A model generated the notes under the pieces. The model was not told the origin of the DNA and searched no databases. It saw only the letters and a program-made list of their open reading frames with translations. Positions 40,301 to 61,437 of a DNA stretch of 64,000 nt are shown here, piece by piece; the stretch's first letter is position 1, and each line of letters starts with the position of its first letter. A program made the position numbers and the translations under genes. The stretch lies in NCBI RefSeq assembly GCF_009914755.1, contig NC_060927.1, one strand, 5' to 3'. The stretch comes from the human T2T-CHM13v2.0 reference genome, Homo sapiens.

Positions 40301-41738
40301 TATGAGGGAGCAATGGCATCCTCTATTTACATAAAACATATAAACATTTTCATCCCAAAATGTACATAAGATTGAAAAAAGGGAGGATGAATTCTTTTGT
40401 TTGAAGTAACAGAGGGGATTCAGAAGTGTCTAAAAAGCAATGGATTGGATGATTTTTAATTATCTAACTCCAGCTAGCTCCAAAACTCCTTTTCTATGAA
40501 TGGAAATTCTAAATGTATTACTACCTTGCCAATTTTAGGCCACCCATATCTTCATTCTGTCTCCCAAAAGAAGTATACCACAGAACAAACTGAAGCCAAA
40601 TTAAAGGGAGTCTAATAATGCAAAGAATTAGAAAACTACTGAAAGAAGGAAATTAACATTTACTGATCATGTACTACCATGGCAGGTACTATACTGTAAC
40701 CAATCTAAAGTCCAATGAAATCTACTGATGTCTATTGTAATATCTGGGCAATGTCTTTTACAAATGGGGCTTAGAAATGGAAAGTTCAACAGTAGCCTCA
40801 TTGGGATCTAATTGCTCTGGCCCCTCAAGATCTCATGGTCTATTTGGAGGTGGAGAGTTGGTTGTTGAGATGTCTAAATAATAAGACCATTATGTAATAA
40901 ATGCCATTAACAGACATGTGTAAGTGCTATTGTAAGATATGTTTGTAATTTACTACATGTATGCCATTCTATCAGTCATTTCTATGAATCCAAAGAGTCT
41001 GAGATATTTTTACATCCAAATCAGAAACTTCACAATTTATGAGAAAAAAAAATACAGAAATGAGGAACCCTAGAGACACCAGCCCTTCCCAAAGGGGGAT
41101 TCTTCTTGTATTTACAACTACCCAACTTATCAAAGCCAAATGCCAAATGACTTCATAAGATTCCATGATATACTTGAATTGCTAACAATAAATTTAATTA
41201 ACTACCAGAATACAAATGAAATACAGTGAAAGGGAAGAAGAACCAAACCAGAGGAGACATTTCTCTTGACCAAAGGAAAAAAACAGTGAGCTACATCTCA
41301 TGGGATCAAAGAAACATATCTACTTGGCACTGCCATATCAAAAAAGGGAGTGCATTTGGAGGATCTGTGATTTGCTGTGAATTGTCTTCAATCATCACTG
41401 TTAGTGAAGGCAAACAGGGGCAGTGGAAAATGAGAAAGCCCTGTTTATTATGCCTTAATTCATTGGAAGTCTATCTGTTATATCTGTTTTTCCCAGGTCC
41501 TGCTTCTTCACAGTTGAACATTTCTATCTATGGTTCTACTTTGGTCTGGTCACCTGTAACTCCCTTCATACCAGAACTCTGATGCCAGGACTTCTTGCAG
41601 TTGTCTTTTAAATAAATAACTAGCATCCATACCAAAACAACAGCAATCACTTTTTTCTTCATGTTTATGCCCATCATTTCTTTCCAGATAGAGAACTTGC
41701 ATAAGTCAATAGTCAAGGAGGCTCCCAAGGAAAAGCTG

Positions 41739-41810
41739 CATCTGTCTTTAGGGACAAGTAGCATGAAAGTAGACAGGCTCCATCTGTCTTTAGGGACAAG
41801 TAGCATGAAA
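41739..41810. repeat. 30-bp direct repeat, period 42
   Basis: catctgtctttagggacaagtagcatgaaa at 41739-41768 and 41781-41810. Confidence 0.95.
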
Positions 41811-44800
41811 ATTTCACAAGGAAAGCAGACATGCCCAATTTGTCTCGAAATGTTTCACAAGAACAATTTAAAAATTAAACAGCAATGTACTCTTATCTAT
41901 ATTTAAAGAATATAAAACTTATAAATTAAAATATACTGTGCACTTAGAATTTGGCATTATTGAATTTAACCCTCTTAACTACCCAAAAAACACATATAAT
42001 ATCAGCCCCATTGTACAGATGAGGCTTTGACATACAAAGGTGTTCAGAAACTTGTCCCAGGTCACCATGCTAATAAGTGGTAGAGCCAGTAACTCCCTAG
42101 TCTATAATCTGTCCCATCACAGGACCCTGACTTGTGCCCTGATAATTGATATGGCAATCATTTAACTGCACAGTGGTTTAACAAATGTATGGCCTTTTAT
42201 TATTTTGTTTTACATACTAAAAACACTTCCAAATATTTGTATATGTGCATTTTTTCTTTTCTTTTCTTTTAGCTTTGAACATGCATCTAGTTTGTTTAAA
42301 GAATATTGTAAAAATAATTTAGAAAAGTAAAATGAACCAAACTAAGAAACAGGAAAAAAAAACTTTTCATAAACATATGTTTAATAGATAAAGGATATGC
42401 AGCTGATTTATATACCTACCACATATGTTATCAAAAACTTCCACATAAAACCTATTTTAAGGCATGCAAATTTAATATATTAAGAAAGTCAGTATGCAAA
42501 GTATCTTAAAGTGCTCTCTTCACTAATGCGTGTAACAAAATATACTGATTATGCAAGTACATTTAATTTGACATAATTAAAATAATGAGGTTTAAATACT
42601 GATTTTTTTAAAAAGAAAAAATACAAATTGAAATTAGCCACGAGATGCGTTCAAAATATTAATGAAATGTTATTACCACTTTAGTGTACAATACTTCTAG
42701 TTTAAAAAAGAGCTGCTACTGGCCATTGTTGTCTAGTTCTCAACACATAGTTTAGAGATGTATTCCCTTGGTGACATAAAAGATTTCACTGGATAACATA
42801 ATAATTCTTTGCATTTGGTTAACATCTCTTTTACAAATAACTTAAAAAGCTACAAAGCAACCACTATTTTCTTTAAAGGAAGGCAATGAATGACCAAAAA
42901 GATAAGAAAGCAAATTTTCCACAGGAAGAGTTGTGCATAGTTACATGGATACAATCTCAAAAGCTGTCACTAATGTCATCGTGACCTAAAGATATCAAAT
43001 TTAGGTATGCTCTCAACTCCAGTGGCTTTAAAGAGGCTGAGGAAGACCGATGACATATGAAAAGATCAGGTCTGCAGCTGTGAGGCCATATTCACTTTAC
43101 TTAGTTTAAAGTTTCAAAGGAGCCTACTGTCTCTAACGTCACTGAAGAAGGAAAGGTAGGAGCAAAATTCAATAGGGTAGAAGACTCTGAAACTTCTATT
43201 AGATTTATTTTCTGACCGCTGTCTAGCTCACTAGTAACAGTACGGAAAAAATAACATAAGAGTAACTTTCATTAAATTGGCTTGAGGCTAAAGCTTTGTT
43301 TGGAAGCATGTCCAATTTTCCATATTATAGAAATGAAAAAGGAAGCTTTGAGGTCTACGTGGACCTAAACTCCGTAAAATTCTTAGAAAAAGACCAATGT
43401 CTTCAATTAACTCCAGCCATTAAAATAAAAGAGTTAGCATTACCATTTACTGTGAGGAAACGGAAACACCAAATTAAAGTGTTGAGTCCACAGCCACACA
43501 ACTAGGAAGCAGAGCAAAAGGAAAAGACAAAAACTCTGGAATGAGCATCATAAATTCTGTATTGAATTCCAGGTTAAAATCATCAAACTCCATTCAGATA
43601 CAATTTCAAATTCAGAATACTGCTATGCAAGGATCACAAAGGATCAGTTAAAATTTGTAAGGATGAGGTACACTTTCAGGGTTTTTTTTCTTTTTTAAAG
43701 AATTTAACTTTTGCTTTCAACCTTTATCAGATTCCAAATGGAAGTAGTACTTCAAACAGCTAAGGGCTCAACACATGAAAGCTTGTACATAGCAATAATA
43801 TTCTCCATGACCCAAGGGCTAAGAATCCTAACCTCTCCAAACAGCACATGATGCACACCAGAGGGTCTCAGTGTTTTCAACCCATTTATTGAAAAAGCAC
43901 TTGCTGAGCTGCATGAAAATGAGAAAAATAACATCAGTTCACTAGAGGCACAACAGTACAAAATGTCTATCAAAATTCATTGAGATAATGACAAAATCAG
44001 GATAGAAAAAGGAATTAATGCAGCTCAACAATATTCAGAAGATGAATACAATTCCTGTCAAAAATATAATATCCCAAAATCATTTAGTGTGATTGGCAGC
44101 ATCAAATAAGGGAAAATGAACTTCTATTTCAAGATGCAGTTGCTTCTTTTCTAAGAGCTCATGTTTGTAGTGCTCCTCCTGTGCACCAGATGTCTGCCCC
44201 CAGGCTCTGAAACACCTAGCAAACCACACAGGGAAGCCACGGGCCTCCCAATGCCTTGATGATGCAGTTTGGAAGGTACCAAAAATAAAATAAATGTTAA
44301 AACCTGTTGTTTTACCTTCAAGTGAAACCATTAGACACAGTTACACTAAAATATTTTGGAAAAGAAAACTGCAACTAATATTATGAAATAAGCAAGTCAA
44401 GATGATTTTTGTAAAAAGCAAGTAGGTCTTTTGTGGGTTGACACCTCGACCCTGAAAATGAGAGAATTCTGTTACTTCACTGCTCATCATTCTATGTGTT
44501 AGTACAGTAAACACTCCCTTTGCTCCACATGCAAAATGTAATGTGCTTAGATAATTGCTGGTCAGGTCATGAAGTTCTGAAACAACCTTATCCACAGGCA
44601 TATGATCCTGAATAATACAATTTTTGATCTTAAAGAAAAAAGAGGAATCAATAAAGAAGAGTTAAAGTTGTTTCTTAGTTTTCATTTAAAAAAGTCTAAA
44701 ATGAATTCATCACATTTGGGATGCAAAATGCTAAAACAAAATAAAGATTTCAGTAAAGTCCTTCCTTTAATTCGCAGGCATTTAGCTCTTATAAAGGTAA

Positions 44801-45004
44801 AGATAGAAATATCTCAGCATGAAAGAAAGACCTTTCCTTCCTGAAACTCTACAGACAAAACTGTCTTATGAGAAGCCTCTTGAGAAGATATAAAAGGCTT
44901 AGCTCTTTCAACTTATATTAAAATTCAAATAAAATATTTACTATATATCTACTACTTATGCATATATGTATAGTCAAATAGAAAAATAACAATATTTACA
45001 AGTA

Positions 45005-45420
45005 AGGCAGCGTGGCAAGGGAGTAGAGAGCACAGGTTCTAGATTCAGGCTACATGTTTGAATCTTAGCTCTAAGAGTTAGTAGCTGGCAAGTTCCTTAT
45101 CCTTTCTAGGTTTCAGTTCCCTCAAATAATAAAACAGAGGTAATAATTATGCCTACTATCCAGGCTAATTCTGAGGATTAATTGAGCTATAACAAAGTGC
45201 TTAGAACAATGCTGATGTCATAAGTGCTTAATGTTAGCCATTATTATTACTTTACATTAGCTTTCTCATTTAATGCTTATGACAGACCTGTGAGGTAAGT
45301 ATTATTACTCTCACCCCATAAGGTGAGGCAGGTTAAGTAATTTGACCAAAGTCCCACAGAGGTAAAGCAGAATTTGCCTACAGATCTGTCCAGTTCCCAG
45401 CCTATAATCTTAGTTCCCCC
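45005..45420. mobile_element. Two adjacent MIRs in opposite orientation
   Basis: + MIR ~45005-45250 (tttcagttccctca...cttagaacaatg); - MIR ~45250-45420 (ctgtgaggtaagtattattac...aggttaagtaatttgaccaaagtc). Confidence 0.7.
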
Positions 45421-45559
45421 TAATACTTCATATGTTCCCCACTGATCTTGCTCTTATGTTATCATAACATTCATCAAGATATATTTAGATTTCCTTTTAA
45501 ATGGATCTTTCACTCACAGAGTAACCTCTGAGAACAGAGACTGGGTGCTGCTTCTCCCT

Positions 45560-46340
45560 TCATTCATTAGTCCACCCATCCTTCCGCCCGTATGTCCGTA
45601 TTTCAGAGCCTATTACGTGTCATGCCTTGTGCTGGGCGCTGGGATATCAAGCTGAATAGAACAGGCTCCATGTCTTCATGAAACTTGAAGTCCACCCAAA
45701 AAGACACATAATTAAATAAACATATAATAATTATAAACTGTTACAGTTGTAATGAAGGAAAAGAAAAGGGTACTAGAAAAGGCATAAGAGATGAACTTCA
45801 TTCAGTTGGCGGAAAATCATAAAAGGGCTTTCTGAAGAAGGGACACTTAAGCTGAGATGAGGAGGCTGAAGAGGAGGAGTTAGCCAGGCAAAGAGATGGG
45901 GACAGAAACCACTGTGCACAGGACCCTAAGAAGAGACTTCACCTGGTGCGTGAGGAAGCAAAGAAGCAGGTTGGCAGCCAAATTGTGAGCTACCAGCAGA
46001 GTGAGTGCTATGAGATGAGAAGGGAGAGGTGAGACCAGAACACCCAGGAGTACTGTGAATTGGGAGTTTATCCTCAGTTCAATGGGAACTTCAGTTGGTT
46101 TTTAGAAAGACCACTCTACTGCAGTCTGGAGACTAGAATGAAAGAGGACAAGAGAAGAAGCTGGAAGTCCACTGGGAAGCTCTAAGAGTGGGGCAGGCAA
46201 ATGTGATGGTGGTTTGGGACTAGCAGGGTAGTAGCAAGCGTGGGGAGAAGTATACAAATTCGAGGTATATCAAATCCCCCATGCCTAACACGATGCCTGA
46301 CAATAAGAGGAATTCAATTACCTATCGACTGAATGAACGA
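45560..46340. mobile_element. L2 LINE fragments
   Basis: ttcattcatt...gagcctattacgtgtc...ctgggatatc; ttttagaaagaccactctactgcag. Confidence 0.65.
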
Positions 46341-47173
46341 GTAATTCCTCAAGCAGAGCTGTTGCTGGTTATCAAGCCCCAACTACCCCATATGCATAAT
46401 CATCCAGTGGGCATGGGAGACATAGAAAGATGCTGAGGAAATGATGACTAAATCTGTAAACCAGCTGGCAAGACTTCACTTATGAAAACTTCTTGATGTA
46501 TAAATGTATCTTTGTGAAACAAAATGCCTCTCCCATTCTGACAATGAAAAATTTTAGAAGCCAGATACCTTTCTGTTATGTGACTTTCCAAGCTTGTTAG
46601 AGAAATGTATTATTTAAAATAGCCTAGAGCTATGCTGCCAGAAACATAGTAAAACACTGAGGGTGCTGAAAGAAAGCCCTTTCATTTAAGGGGGAAAAAA
46701 AGCAGTGCAGCAATGCATAGAAAGACAATCCATACTTGTTATTCCACTTTCCTTCCTGTAAAAACATGATCTCTGTCACTACTTCCTAAAACAGCACTAT
46801 ATTTTGATTGTCTATCAGTAACAAATTCAAATAGAGAGTTAGCATATTTTCTCACAATCTGATAAATTCCCAAGGTCAGGAGAGAGAATGTCTTCCCCAT
46901 GTTATTTAATAATTTTGATCTTTAATCCATAAGATATCTATTTTGTTAAAACTATAAAACTGAAACCATTTGGAAAATCCAAATGTTTGTCCATGTAGAT
47001 AAGAGAACAAGGTAATCTACTTCTATAGTCAACTGAATTTAAAATATAGTCATTATCCCCAACACCCCTCGAAATGTTTTCCTATCCTTAAATAGGTCAA
47101 GAGCATCAGTAATAGGATAAGAAAGAAGTCATCAGGTTGACTCAGATATCAACTGCTCTCTGGCTAGGACTAA

Positions 47174-47536
<363 letters not shown>

Positions 47537-48308
47537 AGCTTTAAGTTTTTTTAAATTAGTTAAGACAGTCTATTGCCTTGGCTAAAGTAATAAGCTCTAG
47601 TGTTTGGGGGCACAAATGAAGCTTAATTTTGCATAGAAAAAGAGGGCTCATCGGCAAAAGATTCTGTTCTAAGGTTCAGCCAAATGTCTTGTACAATTTT
47701 GATCAAAAGGCCAACTACCAGCACCCTCACCACTGCTTCTGATAGGGAGATAAGAAGAATAACTGGGCCTATATGGGATTCTATGGGTTGTTAAGGAGCT
47801 TAAAAATAAAGTATAATTTACCTTCTTCCATTTGGCAGGAACCACTTTTCCCTACACTGAAAATAAAGTTTTGTGTGATCCCCTCTACCTTTAGCATGCC
47901 TTTGGAGTCTTGAAAATGCTTTTTCTGCAGAACCAGAAAGTGATACGTGAGTGCATCAAACAATGCTTTAGTCCTGTTACTCTAAGAGCTATTTTAAAGA
48001 AACCTAGTGACCATGGCAGATGATGAAAGAAGATCTTAGTAAAAAGTTTACTGAGATTTAAGACTGAATAAAACAAACGTATAAATTGTTCTATCTATCT
48101 TTTATCACCCAAGAAGACAAGATTGTATATTGATAGCTAAAATTCATATGTTAACAACATATAAACAAATCATTAATATCTAAATTCATATAAATTAAAA
48201 GAAATGAATATTTCTCAAATTTATGTCACTCTCATTTTATTAAGAAAGCTCTTCTTCTTAGTTTGTACCAAACTTACTTAGTAAAAGTAGTATAAAATCA
48301 TCTTTCAA

Positions 48309-54703
<6,395 letters not shown>

Positions 54704-54865
54704 GAATCCTGTCCCAAGCAAAAAGAAGAATGTGAAGAAATATAAGTGTGGAAAACCATGAAGTTTGAAAATAGACCAGCTTGGCCAATGGATTGAAATT
54801 GTGTAACATCCAAAAGAGTGATGCAGAACTACCTAGATGGAATGGAAAGATGTCTTACATAGCTA

Positions 54866-55185
54866 CAGGCATATCTTGTTTTACTGAGCTTTGCTTTATT
54901 GCACTTTGCAGATATTATGTTTGTTACAAATTGAAGGTTTGTAGCAACCCTGTGTCAAGAAATCTATCAGTGCCATTTTTATAACAGCATGTGCTCACTT
55001 TGTGTCTGTAGGTCACATTTTTGTAATTCCTGCAATATTTCAAACTTTTTCAGTATTATTTATCTGTTAGGGTGACCTATGATAGTGATCTTTCATGTTG
55101 TAATTGTTTTGGGGTGCCATGAACAAACCCCATATAAGATGGTGAACTTGATTAATAAATATTGTGTGTTTGATGGCTTCACTGA
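54866..55185 (+). mobile_element. Tigger1 left-end fragment
   Basis: TA + caggcatatcttgttttactgagctttgctttattgcactttgcag...ttgaaggtttgtagcaacc. Ends abruptly at an A-run. Confidence 0.85.
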
Positions 55186-55971
55186 AAAAAAATCATCTTT
55201 TACTTAGTAAAAGCAGTATAGAATCATCTTCCTTAATAAGAAAAATCATTTATTCTGGCATGGAAAATAAAAACCTAAGCTCAGACCTTGGACAGCTATT
55301 AATTACAAAGAAGAATAAGAAAATAGCATACCTTAAATGTAATGGTTAATTTAAAGTATATAAATTTATTAATAAAATCTTCAACAATACTCAATTCTAT
55401 GCAAGCGTACCAATCAAATGTTATTTTCATTCTCAATAACATCTCACATAATAGATAGCTCAACTGAGTAAAGGTTGTATATTTTCATTTTTGCTAAACA
55501 ATCTCCATTTAAAACAAATATATTGCTAGCTGCTATATGTAAATAGGAAGGAGTAATACTTCTAGACAAAGTAAATATTATTAAAATAAGATATTTCAAT
55601 CAATTTTTGACCAACCATAGTTTTGAATAGCAGACCGTACAAAACATAACATCGCCCTTCATTCAAACCAAAATCTCAAACTTTTGGATTATATATTTCT
55701 TCAAGTTATAGGTCATTTATTGTCAAAATAATAATCCTTTGATATTTTCTTAAACAGATGAAATTTGCTTTCTTTTCCTAGGGAAATGCCAGACTATAGT
55801 GATATCCAAGAAATATGATTAAATTAGTTTAATTACTTGATGTTGACTTGATGTAAGTCACTGCTCTTTAATGCAAAAACTGTCACTTGCAATTAATGAT
55901 TGTTGGTACTGCTTCAATTGATCAAATGTCTAATACACACAAAACATTCAAAGAAGTTCTGTATATCTTAC

Positions 55972-56044
55972 AGCAATTCAGTGGAGAAGTCTTGTCCCAG
56001 GGGTACGTAAATCTGAAGTACAAGAAACCTCTGGATCAATCCAA
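55972..56044 (-). CDS. CFAP20DC: CFAP20DC internal coding exon, probably exon 4: (L)[23 protein letters not shown](L)
   Basis: gtgtatttcctcttcattctag|TTGGATTG...GAATTGCT|gtaaga. 73 nt, phase 1/2. C+TT completes a Leu codon across the junction. The peptide is typical of the CFA20/DUF667 domain. Confidence 0.95.
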
Positions 56045-58179
56045 CTAGAATGAAGAGGAAATACACATTCAAATGTTCGAAGCATTTATATGTGCATATA
56101 AACAAACACAATCACAAACCACGAACAAGCTGAAGATTTTAGCATTTCAGTAATACATAGAACTGCAAATAGCACTACCTATGAGTTACAACCTCATTAC
56201 GAAAGCAAAAAAAATTGATGAAAATAAAATCAAACTTACAACAAATGTCTTTTAAAGTTCCATCTGTGGCCTTCGTGAAATTTTTATTAAAATTTCAAAA
56301 ATAATAAGTTTTTATTATTTTTATTAGGTTGCAAGAGAATGTACACATAGAACTGCATTCAACAGAGACATATAAAATTGAACTATAAATTCCATTCAAG
56401 GCAGCCATAAAAGCATGTGGCAATTATTTTTATTCACTGGCAGTTTTAACTGTACTAAACAACTTAATAAAAAACAATAGATCAAGAAAACAATTCTAAT
56501 TATGACAACTACAACTGAAGGTTTGATGAGCCATAGCTAATTCATATGGTTTTAAATGTGTCCACAATGAGATGAATAGAGGATCATATTTTCATTTAAA
56601 CCTTTTGTTAATTAACATATATTTAATTAATTTAATGTTCACTGAGAACTGATAGCTTTTATTCCCTATTACTAGCTTCATCTGGATTAAAAATATTTGC
56701 AGAGAAACCAGTCCCTACAGCATTTTTGACAGCTAAATTCTACAACTGCTTAAAAAATCAATTGATTTTATATTACCTCTCCAGATCTGTTCACTTAATG
56801 CCTTTCCTCTTAGGTTTTGAACTTTTGCTTGATCTCTCAATTATGGTGCTCTTAACAGATGTTTTTAGTATGACACTTCCTAAAACATGCAATTTACAAA
56901 CATATTTTCCTGCTGTGGGACTTTTTGGGTAGAAAATGGAGATGTCTTGATTTATCTGTGAACCTCTCCTACAAAGCCAATAGTACAGACCAACACGTGG
57001 ATTAAAGACAAAAAAAAGGCAACTAGTCTAAAACTCATGCTATTTTATATTATTCCAACTTAGTACGCTTAACAAATTAAGGGATTTTAAAGTAACAACA
57101 CGTTTTTGGATAGTCTATATAAAGAACTTCTGGTATATGATTCCCATTTTGCAACATTCCTGAACAACTTATAACAGTTCCTATGTTTTATCCCAGATTT
57201 ACATTCTAAACAATAAACATATTTGATCAAATATGCATAACATTTTTATCAAACATACAGGGATAACCTTTACTTAAAAGTACTAAGCTTCTGCTTAGTA
57301 CTCTCCAGAGGGCCATCAGTAGTGTAAGCAATGTAACAGAAATAAGAGATCACAGGCCTTGATCCTAGAAAATTCTCTAGAAATCTGACTTTACCATATT
57401 TATGGGAAAAGCCAGTGAGGCAAGCAGAGCTCTGGTCTACAAAAGCAAAGTGAGATACCAAAATGAGGCCAACTTAAATAAACCATCCTCAATGAATCTC
57501 TCTTGCATCTTGCATTGATTGGCCCCACAGTATTTTTCCATTGCACAATGGCCTCTGTAAATAGAGCTGAGAGAACAGCAGGATAAGTGAAATCAGTCTT
57601 TAAAAAAGGTCCCTAATTTATGTCACAAATCTCACTGAATCAGCACTGTTCTCTTCAAACACAAAGAGTTACACACATAGGGCATTTTTATATGAGCATT
57701 TTTAGATATAAAAGAGTTCTTACCCTCAAAAAAAGAAAGTTTTGTAATTCAACTTTCTCACATATAGAAGCCCCAGTTTCCAAAACGTTTCACTTCTAAG
57801 ATTAAAAGAAATATTATGATACCATATGGTGATGATCTGACAAAAAAAAAGTACTTTAATAACATTTGACACAGACTGATCCTGTGTGTCAGATGCTAAA
57901 TAAATTCTATAGTAACATTTTTTTCCAGTGGCTTAGTATATTTAAACTGACTATTCATGTCTACATTATATTTAAAATCACTCTCTCTAAGTAATGTTGA
58001 ATGTGGAAATTCTGTTAGTCAAAAATGTCCATCAAGTACATAAAATTCATAAAAATTTAGTTTCTTCCTGAAATATGCAGCTTTTTACAGTTTTATAATC
58101 TGTTGTCTGTCAGAAACAAACTACCTACTTTTTTTCTCCCACTTCAACACACAAAACAGGAATTAGTTATCTGTTCATC

Positions 58180-59910
58180 ATGGGCTATTCCATATCCCTT
58201 GAGCAAATTAGAAAACCTGTGTGGGCCCTTTTACTTTTCATCTGTAAAAACTGGGTTAATAGTTTAGATTTACAACTCATAGGATTATTTATATGGATTA
58301 AATTAGGTCTACCATGCAACGAAGATTACTGAGCACCTACTACGTACAAGACTCAATGCTGAAGTTTTTGCAGTAAATAAGACATACATGCTCTCTGACC
58401 TTTTAGAATTTATATTCTAGCTCCATGAAGGAGAAAGTCAGGGTGCTATGAAAGCATATAACCCTGGGTCCTTGCAGGAGAAGAGGATGATTAGTGAAGC
58501 TTTTCTTGAAGGACAAGCATTGAAACTCAGCTGGGATGAATACACAGGAATTGACTGGGCAAGCGGGATGGGTGTAGGAGAGAGGAACAAACGTTGCTGG
58601 CAGAGGGAGTACTCCATCCTATGATGGAAAAGGATGGAGTAGATTGGATAAACCTAAAAAGGGCTTAATGGGCTGATAGGAGAGACAGAAGAGGAAATGC
58701 AGCAGGAGACGGGTTTGGCAAAGTAGAGAGGAAACCAATTATGTGGGGTCTTGAAGACCATGTGAAGAATATAAGTCATCCTAAAATCAATGGTAAACCC
58801 CTCGTACATTAATTCATTTATTCGACAAAGATTTACTGAATGTCTATTCTCGGGGGTAAATGCTGTAGGTAGAGGGTACAGTCTGTGCATGGGTGCCAAG
58901 GTGATAGTGCACTGGACTATGTTTCAAAACAGCAATGGGACCTGTATGGTTGCAAAAGCACGAACGAGAAAAAGAGTAATAGGAAATAGGTCAGAACTAA
59001 GAAGGGCACCAGATACTGCAGAGTCCTGTAGGTTTTTGAGTTTTAATCTGAGAGAGATGGGACATTTTTAGTGGAGGAGTAACATTACTTATGTGTTTCT
59101 TACAATTTAAAAGTATTACTCTGGCTGCTAATTTGACAATAGACTGTAATACAGAGGCCAAGTCAGAAACAGGGAGACCAATTAGGTTACTACAATAATC
59201 CAAGCATGAGATACTGGTGGCTTTGGCCAGTAGCACTGGAGGTACCAAGAAGTGATCAGACTCTCAACCTATTTTAAACATAGTGCCAACAAGACCTTCC
59301 AGATAGACTGAATGAAGAGAAAGAAAAATCAAAGCTGATTTAAAAGCTTTTTTTCTAAGCAACTGAAAAGATAAGTTGCTAACAGCAGAAATGGGGCAGC
59401 CTGCAGGAGAAGGAATTTCGAGGAGTAAAGACCAGAAGTTAGGCTTTGGACATATTGTATTTCAGCTGTCCAAGCGTAGAAATGTCAAGTAAGTAAGATG
59501 ATATTCAAGAAGTCTAGAGTTAGGAGAGAAGTCTGAGCTGGAAATGTAAGCTAGAGTAAGACAGAGATGGCATTTAAATCCATGAGCTGGAAGCTGATAA
59601 CCAAGGGAGTAAGTGTAGATAGAGTGCCAACGACTGAGTCCAGGGACGCTGCAACATTAATTCAAGTTGGGGAAAAGAGGAAGAACCACAAAAGGAGGCT
59701 AAGAAAGAAGAACAGTGAAATGGGAAGAAAACTAGGAGTATGGACATCTTGGGTATGAGTGAGGAAAATATAAGAAGGAGGTGTCAACTTTCTCAAATGA
59801 TGCTAATATGTGAAGTAAGATGAGGGCTGAGAACTGTCCACCGGATTCAGGAAAATAGAGGCAGATCAAAGCCACTGAGGGGTTTTAAACAGAGGAAGTC
59901 ATGACAAGAT
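58180..59910. mobile_element. MIR and L2 fragments
   Basis: tttcatctgtaaaa (MIR); ttactgagcacctactacgt, aaagtattactctggctgct, ggctttggacatattg, atggcatttaaatccatgag (L2). Confidence 0.7.
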
Positions 59911-61401
59911 AAAAATGATACTAAAGTGGGGGCTTGAGGAGGCCTGGGGAAACCTCATAAAGGTGACCTCATCCTCCAGAGCAGCTGAAATGCAGAACAA
60001 TGCCAGGCTTCAGGGATGCTACTCCCCCGAGACACATCATTTGATTCAGATGCCACAGGCAGAGAAAACAATGGTTTCAAACATGAGCCTCCAACAGAAA
60101 GCTCTGAAGAAGACCCTCCAAATGACATATGTTTATGTGTGACAGAGCTGCTCCTCATATGGGCAACTCTACATAATGTGTTCCAGAGTGAAGAGCAGCA
60201 GGGATTTATTTATTTAGCTGGTGAAGAGTTTACTCAAGTCTCATTATCAAGGCCAACTGGTTACAATGAAAAATTATGACCCAAATTGTCATAGTTTCAT
60301 AGTATGGCAAATTTAACAAACTTATTGAACACCAACCATGTACCAGGCACTGAGTTAAGGGTACAAAGAAGATGATTCAGGAAGATCCCTGCCCTAGAGA
60401 AGTGCACAATTCTGATAAGTAATATCACAATTTCCTTTATTTTATGTGTTTGAGATCCTCAAATACAAGTTAAATCAGAAATATTATTTTTTAAAACAAA
60501 AAACATACTTAATTTCATTACTAAACTTTCTTCCTAAGTAGTACCTAATACAGACAGAAACACAAATAGGGTACCTAATGTCAAGTTTGCATAAATAAAG
60601 TGGATGTTTACTCTTAAAATAGGAATACATAACGGTAATTGAATTTATAAATGTTAATTAAAAGCCAATTATCTATTCAAGGCATGTCATTCAATTTAAA
60701 TTTAACCATACAAACTTCACATAGAAGGTCATTTTACACAAGTAAAAATAGCTATAAATTTCTGTTATCAAAAATTCCAAATAACCTTAAAGGCATCAGT
60801 GCAGGGCAGACTATATAAACTGTTTCATTTGTTACAGTGCTACACATGATATAGAAAAGCCAGATTAACTTTTAATTATAAGGCATTGTACAAGAAATAC
60901 ATTAAAAGATTTTTCTGTTTTTTTACAATTAAAACGATCATCTTTCCATTTAAAAAAGTAATTATGATACATTAAACTTGGTTTATTTCTTAAAAAAAAA
61001 ACTTCAGATAAAAATGGAAAAGCAGAGCTTGTATTTAATCATTCAGTCTTTAGTAGAGAAGGAATCTATCTCAGAATCAAATGAGAAAGGTTACTAAAAG
61101 TGATTGATTTTTTTAATAAGGTAACCATGTGCATACATACTGAGGGCATTAAATGAAAATACAGGTGGGCTTTATAAGTTCAGAAAAAAACAAAAGAACT
61201 AACACTGGCTTAGAACAAAGTCATATTCCTGAAAGTCAAATGTATCTACATGTCTTACAAAACCAATATCCTTAAAAAGATGTCCTGTGCCTCTTGCAAG
61301 AAGATGAAACCACAGTTTCAGACAGGTTTCCCTGGATCATCTTAGTTCACCTCATTTATAAGTACAAATATATATGGAAATGCAAAAAACCTCCTATTAC
61401 A

Positions 61402-61433
<32 letters not shown>
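61402..61433. repeat. (AC)n microsatellite
   Basis: About 15 AC units. Confidence 0.95.

Positions 61434-61437
<4 letters not shown>

Noticed and set aside
59915-60279. Three overlapping ORFs in non-repeat sequence
   Set aside because: No recognisable protein and no convincing splice-site pair. Likely chance.
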